Below, piece after piece: positions 16,725 through 25,869 of a DNA stretch of 32,000 bases. The notes under the pieces are model-generated. The model was not told the DNA's origin. It worked only from the letters and a program-made list of their open reading frames with translations, and did no database searches. Each line of letters opens with the position of its first letter. Position 1 is the first letter of the stretch. Origin of the DNA: an archaeon. GTDB taxonomy: Archaea; Iainarchaeota; Iainarchaeia; Iainarchaeales; CSSED10-239. The stretch covers positions 1 to 32,000 of the forward strand of contig JBAYPN010000007.1 of assembly GCA_041677685.1 (NCBI GenBank), written 5' to 3'. The position numbers and the translations under genes are program-made.

Positions 16725-16909
16725 TTATTTTCACATAAATAGTATAAGTGTAAATAATTATATTACTTGCTATTTTCTAATAGCTTATAAATCTTTACAG
16801 TTACAATTGCAATTAATGTTTTTCCTTTTTTGGCAAACCACTTTAGAAAGCTTTATATTTAATTTGTTAAAATAATATATATTACTATTTTTAAAAAAGG
16901 TAAATTACT

Positions 16910-18832
16910 ATGTCAAGCAATAAAAAAATATACTTCAGGCACGAACACTTCAGAAATGAACAAGACAAAATTATAAAAGATATAATTGAAGCACTTAATT
17001 TAAAAAAATCAATTTTAATTCATGCACCAACAGGGACAGGAAAAACAGACGCATCTCTTTCTGCAGCCATATCTTTTGCAATTGAGAATAATAAAAAAAT
17101 TCTGTTTTTAACACCTAAAATCTCACAACATAAAATTGCACTAGAAGTAATTAGAGACATTAATGAGAAGTATGATACAGACCTAAAAGCAATTGACTTT
17201 GTAGGGAAAAAAAACCTTTGTGTTGATCCTGTTGTTTCAAAAGTTAATGCTGGGTTCTATGAAGTCTGTAAATCTGCAATTGAAAAAAAACAATGTCCTT
17301 TTTACCTAAATATTAAACCAACTAACAAAACTGAAAGAGAACTATTAAGATATAAGCTTGAAAAAGAACTTAATACTAAAAAAACACTTAGTCACTCAGA
17401 AATTAAAGAAATTGCAATTAATTTTAAATCAATTTCTAACAAACCACTTCCTCTCTGTGCATATGAACTTGCAAAAATCTATGCTAAAAGTTGCACTATT
17501 ATTGTGGCTGACTATTATCATGTGTTTTCAAAAAAAATTGCTGATTCTTTATTGCCTGAAATTGGAATTGATCTTTCTGATTGTATATTGATTGTTGATG
17601 AAGCTCACAATCTTGAAGATAGAGTTTTAAAATTATTATCAAAATCATTAAACACCTCACATCTAACAAGAGCAATGAAAGAAGCCTCTGATATGAAAAA
17701 TCCTAAATTAAGGGAAGTCTTAGATAATATGTTACATAACATGGAAGGTTTAAATGAAAATAAATTAAAAGCAAAAAATCTTCTTGCAAAACCAAAAAAT
17801 AATTTTAATAAGGAAGAATTTATTCAAAAAGAAGACCTGATCCCTGAAAAGTATCAAGACCACCTCCTAGAACTAATAATTGAAATTGAAGAAACTGGAA
17901 TCAAATACTTAGAAAAAACAAATGAGACAAGGTCAGCTCTTCTTAATGTTGCTTTGTTCTTAGAACAATGGATTTTAAATCTAAAAGCTCACACAAGATT
18001 TGTTACTTTTGAAAATAATTTAATTAGTGTTAAATATAATGCTTTAGATATCTCTTTAGTTACAAAAGAAATCTTTGAAGAAGTTTATTGTGCAATTATA
18101 ATGTCAGCAACCTTGACTCCTTTGTCAATGTACAAGGAGATTTTTGGTTTACCAAACACAACTTTGCTTAAAGAATATTCTTCTCCTTTTGATAGTAAAA
18201 ATAAACTTGACCTTTTAGTTACAGATGTGACCACCAAATACACTCAGAGAGGAGAAGAGGAATATATAAAGATTACAAACTATATTACAAACATTATAAA
18301 TGCAACGCCTGGAAACATAATAGTGTTTTTTCCATCTTTTGAAATATTAAGAAGAATTGCTGAACAAATTAAAATTAATAAACCAAAAGTAATTCAGGAA
18401 GAGAAATCTACACAGTATGATTTTGAGGAACAGATTAAGGAATTTAAATCACATTCAAGTAGATTTGGAGGTGCTTTTTTTGCAGTCATGGGGGGAAAGG
18501 CTTCTGAAGGTATTGACTTGCCTGGTAACTTCGTAATTGCAGCAGTTATTGTTGGGATCCCTCTGGGGAGAATGGACATCTACACAACTGCAAAGATTGA
18601 CTATTATGAAGCCAAGTATAAGAAGGGCTGGGCATATGCATATATCCAGCCAGCAATACAAAAAACCATACAGAGTGCTGGAAGAGTGATTAGAAACACA
18701 ACTGACAAAGGAGTAATTGTTTATTTAGATCAAAGGTATGGTTGGCAAAATTATAGACAATATTTACCAAGAACCTTAAGGTTTAAGATAACAAACAAAC
18801 CTGAAGAGGATATTTTTGATTTTTTTAAATAA
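16910..18832 (+). CDS. xpd: XPD/Rad3-family (DinG-like) ATP-dependent 5'-3' DNA helicase with an FeS domain
   Basis: Walker A is HAPTGTGKT and Walker B/DEAH is VDEAHNL. Four spaced Cys residues (NLCVD, EVCKS, KQCPF, PLCAYE) fit the XPD 4Fe-4S domain. C-terminal motifs GKASEGIDLPG and QSAGRVIRN are present. Confidence 0.88.
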   Translation: MSSNKKIYFRHEHFRNEQDKIIKDIIEALNLKKSILIHAPTGTGKTDASLSAAISFAIENNKKILFLTPKISQHKIALEVIRDINEKYDTDLKAIDFVGKKNLCVDPVVSKVNAGFYEVCKSAIEKKQCPFYLNIKPTNKTERELLRYKLEKELNTKKTLSHSEIKEIAINFKSISNKPLPLCAYELAKIYAKSCTIIVADYYHVFSKKIADSLLPEIGIDLSDCILIVDEAHNLEDRVLKLLSKSLNTSHLTRAMKEASDMKNPKLREVLDNMLHNMEGLNENKLKAKNLLAKPKNNFNKEEFIQKEDLIPEKYQDHLLELIIEIEETGIKYLEKTNETRSALLNVALFLEQWILNLKAHTRFVTFENNLISVKYNALDISLVTKEIFEEVYCAIIMSATLTPLSMYKEIFGLPNTTLLKEYSSPFDSKNKLDLLVTDVTTKYTQRGEEEYIKITNYITNIINATPGNIIVFFPSFEILRRIAEQIKINKPKVIQEEKSTQYDFEEQIKEFKSHSSRFGGAFFAVMGGKASEGIDLPGNFVIAAVIVGIPLGRMDIYTTAKIDYYEAKYKKGWAYAYIQPAIQKTIQSAGRVIRNTTDKGVIVYLDQRYGWQNYRQYLPRTLRFKITNKPEEDIFDFFK

Positions 18833-18988
18833 ATGTTCTCTAAAAGATTAAAATTAAATGTACAAATAAAATGATTTCTTTTTAAAGCTTGCTCATTATA
18901 TAATATATTATAGTGAACACTAATTATTTTAAAAATAAAAAAATTTAAAATTATAAAATTAATATATAAAAACTGAGAGTGAATGATT

Positions 18989-19273
18989 ATGGAACTTCCA
19001 AAAGAAATAAAAGCATATTGTAAAAAATGTAAAAAACATAGTGAACAAAAATTAAAAGTTTTTAAGCCTAGAAAAGCAAGGGTAAAGTCAATTGGGACTA
19101 GAAAAAACTTAGAAAAGCATAAGAGCGGATATGGTGGAAAAGCAAAATTGATTGCAACTGTTAAAAAACAGAACAAAAAACCAGTGTATCTTGCGGAATG
19201 TAATATCTGTAAACAAAAAAGTTATTTTGTAATACCAAAGAAAATGAAGAAAACTGAATTTAAAGGAACTTAA
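18989..19273 (+). CDS. rpl44e: 50S ribosomal protein L44e (eL42)
   Basis: MELPKEIKAYCKKCKKHSEQKL...KSGYGGKAKL...ECNICKQKSYF matches L44e, with its CxxC...CxxC zinc ribbon and GYGG motif. The track start at 18983 sits directly on the SD-like GAGTGA; the ATG at 18989 has 6-nt spacing, so I prefer it. Confidence 0.88.
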   Translation: MELPKEIKAYCKKCKKHSEQKLKVFKPRKARVKSIGTRKNLEKHKSGYGGKAKLIATVKKQNKKPVYLAECNICKQKSYFVIPKKMKKTEFKGT

Positions 19274-19341
19274 ATTCCTTTCCTTCTTTTAATTTTCTTT
19301 TCTTATTTTCTAGATCTTATTTTAAAAATAATATTTTAAGA

Positions 19342-19902
19342 TTAATTTTTATATAAAGATCTAAATAAAATATCGTATGCATCTTCTGGGGTCAAGTCTT
19401 TAAAAGTTTTTTTCCCTTCTTTTAAGAGCTTCAAATAATTTTGTTTAAATTTTTGTCCATCTAAATTACTTTTTAACTTAGAAAAAGATAGTTGCTTACG
19501 AACGCTAGGGGTTAAAATTAAATATATTTTTTTGAAAAGAATGTCTTCTTGTCTAAATCTCCTGTTATGATCTCTATTATTTCTAATATCAAAAACCATA
19601 ATATCCCTTTCCCATCTTAAACCTATCAATTTCTGTTCCAGTTTGGAAATTTCCGTTTTTATTTTTTGGACTTCAGAAGCAAGTGTTGGTTTTTTGTCCT
19701 TTAGTTTCTGTATTTTTATTTTAATATCTTCAATTTTGTTTGCAGAAATTTTTTTAATTTTACGTATTTTTGGATTTATGGTTTGACCATATAACATTTT
19801 GCTTTTTCTACTATGTAATTCAGGTTCCCTTATTATACCTAAAGCTTCTCTTTTTTGCAAATGTTGGTTTAAGTGGTTTTTTAATTGGCATAAATTAATC
19901 AT
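19342..19902 (-). CDS. Hypothetical basic protein with a coiled-coil-like segment
   Basis: 186-aa ORF with no recognisable family. It has a Lys-rich heptad-like stretch (IEDIKIKIQKLKDKKPTLASEVQKIKTEISKLEQKL). It is divergent from the membrane-protein/ATPase pair. The start is uncertain because GGAGA abuts the ATG. Confidence 0.45.
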   Translation of the reverse strand: MINLCQLKNHLNQHLQKREALGIIREPELHSRKSKMLYGQTINPKIRKIKKISANKIEDIKIKIQKLKDKKPTLASEVQKIKTEISKLEQKLIGLRWERDIMVFDIRNNRDHNRRFRQEDILFKKIYLILTPSVRKQLSFSKLKSNLDGQKFKQNYLKLLKEGKKTFKDLTPEDAYDILFRSLYKN

Positions 19903-19970
19903 TCTCCTTTATTTTAATAAATATTAAAAATATATGAGAAAATACATTTATAAGATTATCTAAACCACTA

Positions 19971-20771
19971 ATGACCAATTACATATTTTCTAAAATAAAA
20001 AAGCTAATCTTATTTTTTTATTATTTTCTACTTTCATTATTTTCCTCTAAAAACATTTCCAAAAAAAACAAAGTATTTATAAACTATTTTCTTAACTATT
20101 TTTATATGCTTAAACTAGATAATTATTATAAAATTGTATCCTCTACTTTTGGACTTGCATATTTTATAGGTTTAGTTGTTGCCTTACTATATATCTTAAG
20201 AGGTTCTGTGTTTATTGAACCAACAAGCTTTATTAACACAATAACTCTAGCAAATACCCTCCACTTTAAAAACATCTACTACACCACCATGCAGAATGCT
20301 ATGCAATTAGCAATTATCCCTTTTAGTTACTTAATCTATGCAGTTAAGTTTGGGTTCTCACACACAATTCTGTTAACCTCTTCTTTTCTTGGGCAAATTA
20401 AGTTACTAGTAACCTTAATTCCATTAATTTTCTTTTTTATAACATACATTATCTTTTCAACAATTGGATTGAAATTAATTTTATACATTATTAAACTTGT
20501 AAGTAATTTATTTTTAAAAACTAAAAAAATAAAAATTAAATTCTTTAATAAAGAGGATATTAAGTTTTTATATATAGCAATCATCTCATTAATTATTGGA
20601 ACAGTCATTCAAACCTACTTGATTAGAATTTTGTTTATTTTCTTAATTAATTTAAAATCAATTGCTTATGCCTTAATTATCTTAATCTATATAATATTTA
20701 TTAGCTTAGCTGGATATGTAATTTACAAGACAGTTAAGGAAGTTACAAATAATAAAATTGAGAACATATGA
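19971..20771 (+). CDS. Polytopic membrane protein of unknown family, translationally coupled to the HerA-like ATPase
   Basis: 266 aa with about 6 long hydrophobic segments by eye. The TGA stop (20769-20771) overlaps the ATG of the next gene (20768-20770). A TTTATAA element lies about 20-25 nt upstream of the ATG and there is no SD motif, so the transcript may be leaderless. Confidence 0.6.
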   Translation: MTNYIFSKIKKLILFFYYFLLSLFSSKNISKKNKVFINYFLNYFYMLKLDNYYKIVSSTFGLAYFIGLVVALLYILRGSVFIEPTSFINTITLANTLHFKNIYYTTMQNAMQLAIIPFSYLIYAVKFGFSHTILLTSSFLGQIKLLVTLIPLIFFFITYIIFSTIGLKLILYIIKLVSNLFLKTKKIKIKFFNKEDIKFLYIAIISLIIGTVIQTYLIRILFIFLINLKSIAYALIILIYIIFISLAGYVIYKTVKEVTNNKIENI

Positions 20772-23284
20772 CATTAGACTTTACAGAAAATATAGTAATT
20801 GGAAGAACTCAAAAACAATTTGAGAAATATGGAGAAAAGGCAACTGGATATATTGGTAAAGTTGTTGTCTCTAGTGGGGATGATCCTGTTCTTGGTAAAA
20901 AAGTGCTAATGGATATCTCTAGATCACATGTTATGATTGTTTGTGGAAAGCGCGGAGGGGGGAAATGCGTAACTGGAGACACACTTGTAGCATTAGATGA
21001 TGGAACAGAATTACCTATCAAAGATATAGAAAAATCAAATAACAAAATACTTTCAATTAATAATAATTTAAAAATTAATAAAAAAAAGAAAAATAAGTTT
21101 TTCAAGAGAACAGTAGATAAAATTATGAAAGTCAAATTAAGAAGTGGAAAAGAAATAGAACTTACTCCTGAACACCCTCTGCTTACAATTACTGGATGGG
21201 TAGATATACAAAATTTAAAAGTTGGATCTAGAATCGCAACTCCTAGAAAATTAAACAATTTAGGTAAAAAAACATTATCTGAAGATAAAATAAAATTAAT
21301 TGCGTATCTTCTTGCTGAAGGCCACCTCTCAAATAGAGTTATTCTATTTTGTAACTCTGATAAAAAGATATTATTAGATTTTAAAAACACAATAGAAAAA
21401 TTTAATAATGAACTTGATTTGAAAAAAATGGGATTATACAATTATAAAGTTATTTGGAAAAAAGAAAAAAAGGAAAAAAACACAAAAAATACATTAAAAG
21501 AATATTTAAAAGAAATTAAAATGTATAACAAATTAGCACATGAAAAAGAAATTCCAGAAATAATATTTCAATTAAATAAAAAATCAATCCAATTATTTTT
21601 AAATAGATTATTTAGTTGTGATGGATCTATCTTTTTTGAAAAAGATAGATGCAGAATAAGCTACTCATCTTCATCTAATAAAATGATAAAGCAAGTTCAA
21701 AGTTTATTACTGAAATTAGAAATACTATCAAAAATTAGAACTAAAAAAACTAAAGTAAGACCTAATTATGAATTAGAAATATTTGAACAAGATGTAAATA
21801 AATATTGTAAAGAAATTGGATTTTGTGGAAAAAAAGAAGAAAGAAATAATCAAATTAAAATTAAAAAAATTAATAACTCAAATATAGATACAATCCCTAA
21901 AGAAATATGGAATGCCTTTAAACCAAAAAGTTGGAAAGAATTAGGAGATAAATTTAATTATAAAGTTCCAAAAGCACTCAGATCGTCAATTAATTATGCA
22001 CCATCTAGAAGTAAATTACTGACAATTGCAAATAAAGAGAAAAATAAAGATTTAAAAAAAATCGCAGAATCAGATATATTTTGGGATGAAATTAAAAGTA
22101 TTGAAATTAAAAATGGAAAATTTGAAGTTTATGATATAAGTGTGCCTAAAGATTATAATTTTATTGCAAATAATATAATAATACACAACAGTTACACGTT
22201 ATCAGTTATTATAGAAGAGATGGCAAGACAGCCTTTTGAAATTAAAGAAAGACTTTCTACAATTGTAATTGATACTGTTGGAATTTTTTGGACAATGAAG
22301 TTTGGAAATAAGGAAGGTAAAGATTATCTTTCTAGTTGGGATCTAAAACCAGAAGGTATTGAGATTAGAAATATGATTCCTTTTGGAAAACAAGAATTTT
22401 ATAAAGAAAAAAAAATACCTTTTGATCAACCTTTTTCCTTAAGAACCTCTCAAATGGATCTTGAAGATTGGTTGGGTGTTTTTAGATTAACTTGGAAAGA
22501 CCCTGAAAGTGCTTTACTTCAAAGAACTTTAGAAATTATTAAAGAAAAGCTTGGTAGTCTGTTTGATATTGATGATATTATTAAGGTTTGCTTAACAGAT
22601 GAAGACACAAGTCAAGATATTAAAAATTCTTTGATAAATAGGATGAAGGTTGCAAAGTCCTGGGGTCTATTTTCAAAGGTTGGAACAACAACTAAAGAGT
22701 TTGCAAGAGCAGGAACTTTAACAGTCATCGATGTGTCAACATATAAGCAAGCAATTGGTATGGAGGCAATCAAGGAGTTGATTGTTGGTCTTTTAGGAAA
22801 AAGATTATTTGAGGAAAGAATGCTTTATAGAAAGGAAGAAGAAATGAACTTACTGTCTGGAAGAAGAAAAGAAAGTGAGATGCCGATTGTGTGGATGGTT
22901 ATTGATGAAGCACATATGTTTATGCCTCAAGACAGACCTTCAATGGCCTTAGATGTTTTGTTAGACTGGATAAGGGTTGGAAGGCAACCTGGGCTTTCAT
23001 TAATTCTTGCAACACAGAGACCTAACAAACTTCACTCTGAGGCAATCTCTCAATGTGATTTGTTTTTGTCTATGAGAATGACTGCTCAAGATGACATTAA
23101 TGCTGTGGCTACCATAAGACCAAGTTATTTAAATGTGCCAATGGATAAGTTTTATGCACAGATGCCAAAATCACAAGGGTATGCAATATTAGTGGATGAC
23201 AATTCTGAGAAGGTTATGTTAATTAAGATTAGACCAAGACTTACCTGGGATGGTGGAAAGACAGCTAATGTTTTTACAGATTAG
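20768..23284 (+). CDS. HerA/FtsK-superfamily P-loop ATPase (DUF87-like), interrupted by an intein
   Basis: After intein removal the extein is 430 aa. It has Walker A CGKRGGGK|S, Walker B PIVWMVIDEAHMF, and LSLILATQRPNKL (the tQRP motif typical of the HerA/VirB4/FtsK clade). Confidence 0.8.
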   Translation: MTLDFTENIVIGRTQKQFEKYGEKATGYIGKVVVSSGDDPVLGKKVLMDISRSHVMIVCGKRGGGKCVTGDTLVALDDGTELPIKDIEKSNNKILSINNNLKINKKKKNKFFKRTVDKIMKVKLRSGKEIELTPEHPLLTITGWVDIQNLKVGSRIATPRKLNNLGKKTLSEDKIKLIAYLLAEGHLSNRVILFCNSDKKILLDFKNTIEKFNNELDLKKMGLYNYKVIWKKEKKEKNTKNTLKEYLKEIKMYNKLAHEKEIPEIIFQLNKKSIQLFLNRLFSCDGSIFFEKDRCRISYSSSSNKMIKQVQSLLLKLEILSKIRTKKTKVRPNYELEIFEQDVNKYCKEIGFCGKKEERNNQIKIKKINNSNIDTIPKEIWNAFKPKSWKELGDKFNYKVPKALRSSINYAPSRSKLLTIANKEKNKDLKKIAESDIFWDEIKSIEIKNGKFEVYDISVPKDYNFIANNIIIHNSYTLSVIIEEMARQPFEIKERLSTIVIDTVGIFWTMKFGNKEGKDYLSSWDLKPEGIEIRNMIPFGKQEFYKEKKIPFDQPFSLRTSQMDLEDWLGVFRLTWKDPESALLQRTLEIIKEKLGSLFDIDDIIKVCLTDEDTSQDIKNSLINRMKVAKSWGLFSKVGTTTKEFARAGTLTVIDVSTYKQAIGMEAIKELIVGLLGKRLFEERMLYRKEEEMNLLSGRRKESEMPIVWMVIDEAHMFMPQDRPSMALDVLLDWIRVGRQPGLSLILATQRPNKLHSEAISQCDLFLSMRMTAQDDINAVATIRPSYLNVPMDKFYAQMPKSQGYAILVDDNSEKVMLIKIRPRLTWDGGKTANVFTD
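20966..22189 (+). mobile_element. 408-aa intein with a LAGLIDADG homing-endonuclease domain, inserted in the Walker A loop
   Basis: Block A is CVTGDTLVAL (Cys1, TGC at 20966-20968). Block B is IELTPEHPLL (TxxH). The LAGLIDADG motifs are KLIAYLLAEGHLS and FLNRLFSCDGSI. The C-terminal block is VYDISVP..NFIANNIIIHN followed by +1 Ser (AAC at 22187-22189, AGT at 22190). Flanking exteins join to give GKRGGGK-S. Confidence 0.85.
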
Positions 23285-23406
23285 TTTTCTTTTTAATTCC
23301 TTTTTCTAATTCTTCTTCTTTTTAACTTTTAATTTTAAATTTCTTTTTAACTTTAAACATTATCTTTTTTTACAATTTTTAATTTAAAGTTTTATTTTTT
23401 TCCAAA

Positions 23407-24993
23407 TTACAATCTATCTTTTTTATTTTTATTAAACTTTGCAATCATTCTTTTCTCTTCCCTTGTAATCTTAGATTTAAGATTTAGCAAACTTGTTTTT
23501 TCTTTCTTAATTGAATTAAATAATTCTTTTGTTTTATTTTTTCTAAACTCAGTAATCTTAATTGAATTTTCTTTAAATTTTGGTGTTAAAATTTTCACTT
23601 TACCAGAAACAAAGTAAGTGATTTTTTTTAAACCAAAGTAAACAGGCTTTTGTAAAACTATACTTCTATATAGATTAAGAAGACCTTTATCTTTATCTTT
23701 TAAATTATTACTATAAAGGTAAGCAATAAATCTAAAAATCCCAGAAACTATAAACACAGCTAACAAAGCATATAGGTCATTATTGAAATGATTTTGAGCT
23801 AACTTAATTACTAAGGCACCAAACAAGGTTCCAAGTAATATTGCAGTTGATTGGATTATTATAAAATAAGAAGTATAGTGGATTACATCTTTTTTAATAT
23901 TTTTATATAAATAATTATTAATTGCTAAATTAAAACCACCTAAAACAACCCCACTTAAAAAACTCAAAAAAATAATTATAAAATTAGAATAATAAAAAAT
24001 TGCTGGAATTATAACTAATAATGGCATGAAAAAACTAGTTGTCTTAATGATCTTAATTACTCCATAGTTGTCAGAAATGTACCCCCAATAACTTAAGCTT
24101 AGAATGGTTCCTGAAACTAAGGCAACTTTCCACCAAATATATCCACTATAACTATAATTTAAAACCTTTAATAAAAAGTATGGCCAATATACGGTTCCAA
24201 TGTAAAAGCCAAAATAAAAAAGTACTATGAAAATTAAATAATTTAAAAAAATTCTATTATTAATTACATCATTATTGAATCTTTTTAGAATTGAGGTTCT
24301 TACTTCACTAGTTTCTCTAAGTATTGACTCACGGTCTTCAGTAACATCAATTTTATTTAAATATCTAGAACTTATAAATCTTGCAACTCCTGCGAAAAGG
24401 AAAATTATTGAAAAACCAATTAATGTTTCATTTGAATTTATAAAGTCTAAAAAATAACCAATACCTAAAATTACAAATATAGAAATTGTCTCTATGATAA
24501 TGTGCTTTCTTGCAAAGAAATTACCCATAATACTAATTGGTAATAACCTTCTAAACCAGTCAGTGTAGATTGGATAAATTATTATTCCACAAGTGTAAAT
24601 TAAAATGTAAATTATTATAGCAAACCAGATTGCAAGATTTTCTTTAAATAAGACATGAGTTAGGGCAATTGGAATCCATAGTGCTGCTTGAATGGTTACT
24701 GATAATATCACAGGTGCTTTTTTAGATCTAAAATACTTTAAAATCTTATAAGATAAAAGAACGGTAAAGGCAGAAATAAAGATTGGTAAAGAACTAAGTA
24801 ACCCAACCTGTAAAGGATTTGCGCCCAATTCAATAATATATGGAGCTAAAAAAGTTATGGCAATGGTGTTCATTAAAACCCAAAAGACACCATCCATTAT
24901 TGAGAAGTGCATATTTTTTTTTACATTCTCTTTTATTTTTTTATAAGGCACCATAAGATTCACAAATAAAATGTATAAGTGTAAAGTATACAT
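23407..24993 (-). CDS. Major facilitator superfamily-like transporter with a basic C-terminal tail of about 90 aa
   Basis: About 12 hydrophobic segments by eye, with a central hydrophilic loop (NKIDVTEDRESILRETSEVR...). Substrate is unknown. The start is uncertain (M1 or M14, MVPYKK...). Confidence 0.55.
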   Translation of the reverse strand: MYTLHLYILFVNLMVPYKKIKENVKKNMHFSIMDGVFWVLMNTIAITFLAPYIIELGANPLQVGLLSSLPIFISAFTVLLSYKILKYFRSKKAPVILSVTIQAALWIPIALTHVLFKENLAIWFAIIIYILIYTCGIIIYPIYTDWFRRLLPISIMGNFFARKHIIIETISIFVILGIGYFLDFINSNETLIGFSIIFLFAGVARFISSRYLNKIDVTEDRESILRETSEVRTSILKRFNNDVINNRIFLNYLIFIVLFYFGFYIGTVYWPYFLLKVLNYSYSGYIWWKVALVSGTILSLSYWGYISDNYGVIKIIKTTSFFMPLLVIIPAIFYYSNFIIIFLSFLSGVVLGGFNLAINNYLYKNIKKDVIHYTSYFIIIQSTAILLGTLFGALVIKLAQNHFNNDLYALLAVFIVSGIFRFIAYLYSNNLKDKDKGLLNLYRSIVLQKPVYFGLKKITYFVSGKVKILTPKFKENSIKITEFRKNKTKELFNSIKKEKTSLLNLKSKITREEKRMIAKFNKNKKDRL

Positions 24994-25036
24994 GTAAGAA
25001 AGAGTTTATAAAGAATTATGGGACTTTTAAAAAGAG

Positions 25037-25110
25037 TGCTCGAAGGGGGATTCGGACCCCCGTTATCAGAGTGAGAGTCTGATGTGATTACCGGGCTACA
25101 CTATTCGAGC
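25037..25110 (-). tRNA. tRNA-Glu (anticodon CTC)
   Basis: Minus-strand sequence is GCTCGAATAGTGTAGCCCGGTAATCACATCAGACTCTCACTCTGATAACGGGGGTCCGAATCCCCCTTCGAGCA. It has acceptor GCTCGAA/TTCGAGC, anticodon stem TCAGA/TCTGA with loop CTCTCAC, and T arm GGGGG-TCCGAAT-CCCCC. Confidence 0.88.
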
Positions 25111-25206
25111 AATAGAAATTAAAGATTGTAGATAATTTAAGATGAGAATAATTTAAAAAGCTTTTTTATAATTTTTAATTTTCATATTTTCAAAAATATC
25201 AGATTA

Positions 25207-25869
25207 TTATTTTTTGGATTTACTTTTTGATTTTTTTACGATTTCTTTTTTAGCTTTATTTTTATCTTCATCTAAATCATCTTCATCATCGTAGTCATCA
25301 TCTTCATCTAAATCATCTTCATCTAAATCATCTTTACCATCATCATCTTTACCATCATCTTCTTCGTCATCATAATCATCTTCATCATCGTGGTCACCAC
25401 CCAAATTTTCCTCACCTTCATCATCACCAAAATTACTTTCTTTAAGATCATCGTCAAGGTCATCTAGGTCATCACCATCTGTTTCTAAATCAAATCTTTT
25501 ATCATGTGTGTTTTCTTTTTTTATTCCTAAACTATTTGTGTTCTTAGCAATAGTGTTTGAAAAATGTAAAAAATATATAATTACAAAATTTAAAATAATA
25601 AATGCAAAGGAAATCTTATAAAAAAGACTACCATCTAAAAGTAAATATAATCTCACAAATAACAAAAGACTAAAAAATAATCCCAAATAATGAACATACC
25701 TAAATTTATTAAATAATTGTAAAGTGTTTACAAAAATAAAACCAACAATTGCAAAAATTACACTTATAAGCACTAAAACCGAATTAGATACAACAAAAGA
25801 AACAACAGTAAATACAAACAACAAATAAGGTGCAATTTTTTCTAAAAAAGATCTGTTTCTTTCCACCAT
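25207..25869 (-). CDS. Membrane protein (about 4 TM segments) with an extremely acidic Asp/Glu tail of about 85 aa ending in a Lys-rich tip
   Basis: Hydrophobic N-terminal half, then DLETDGDDLDDLDDDLKESNFGDDEGEENLGGDHDDEDDYDDEEDDGKDDDGKDDLDEDDLDEDDDYDDEDDLDEDKNKAKKEIVKKSKSKSKK. The underlying DNA carries short tandem repeats (about 25260-25470). Confidence 0.55.
   Translation of the reverse strand: MVERNRSFLEKIAPYLLFVFTVVSFVVSNSVLVLISVIFAIVGFIFVNTLQLFNKFRYVHYLGLFFSLLLFVRLYLLLDGSLFYKISFAFIILNFVIIYFLHFSNTIAKNTNSLGIKKENTHDKRFDLETDGDDLDDLDDDLKESNFGDDEGEENLGGDHDDEDDYDDEEDDGKDDDGKDDLDEDDLDEDDDYDDEDDLDEDKNKAKKEIVKKSKSKSKK

Noticed and set aside
18751-19176. 141-aa minus-strand ORF spanning the XPD 3' end, the intergenic region and L44e.
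   Set aside because: It is antisense to two well-supported genes. The product is hydrophobic low-complexity sequence with no motif or SD site, so it is a shadow ORF.
19274-19341. The S27e gene expected downstream of L44e (common archaeal rpl44e-rps27e pairing).
   Set aside because: Only 68 nt of T-rich spacer lie before a convergent gene, and no Zn-ribbon ORF is present. The pairing is simply absent here.
20809-21441. 210-aa minus-strand ORF.
   Set aside because: It lies entirely antisense to the ATPase N-extein and the intein N-terminal blocks, whose motifs are unambiguous. It is an AT-rich shadow ORF.
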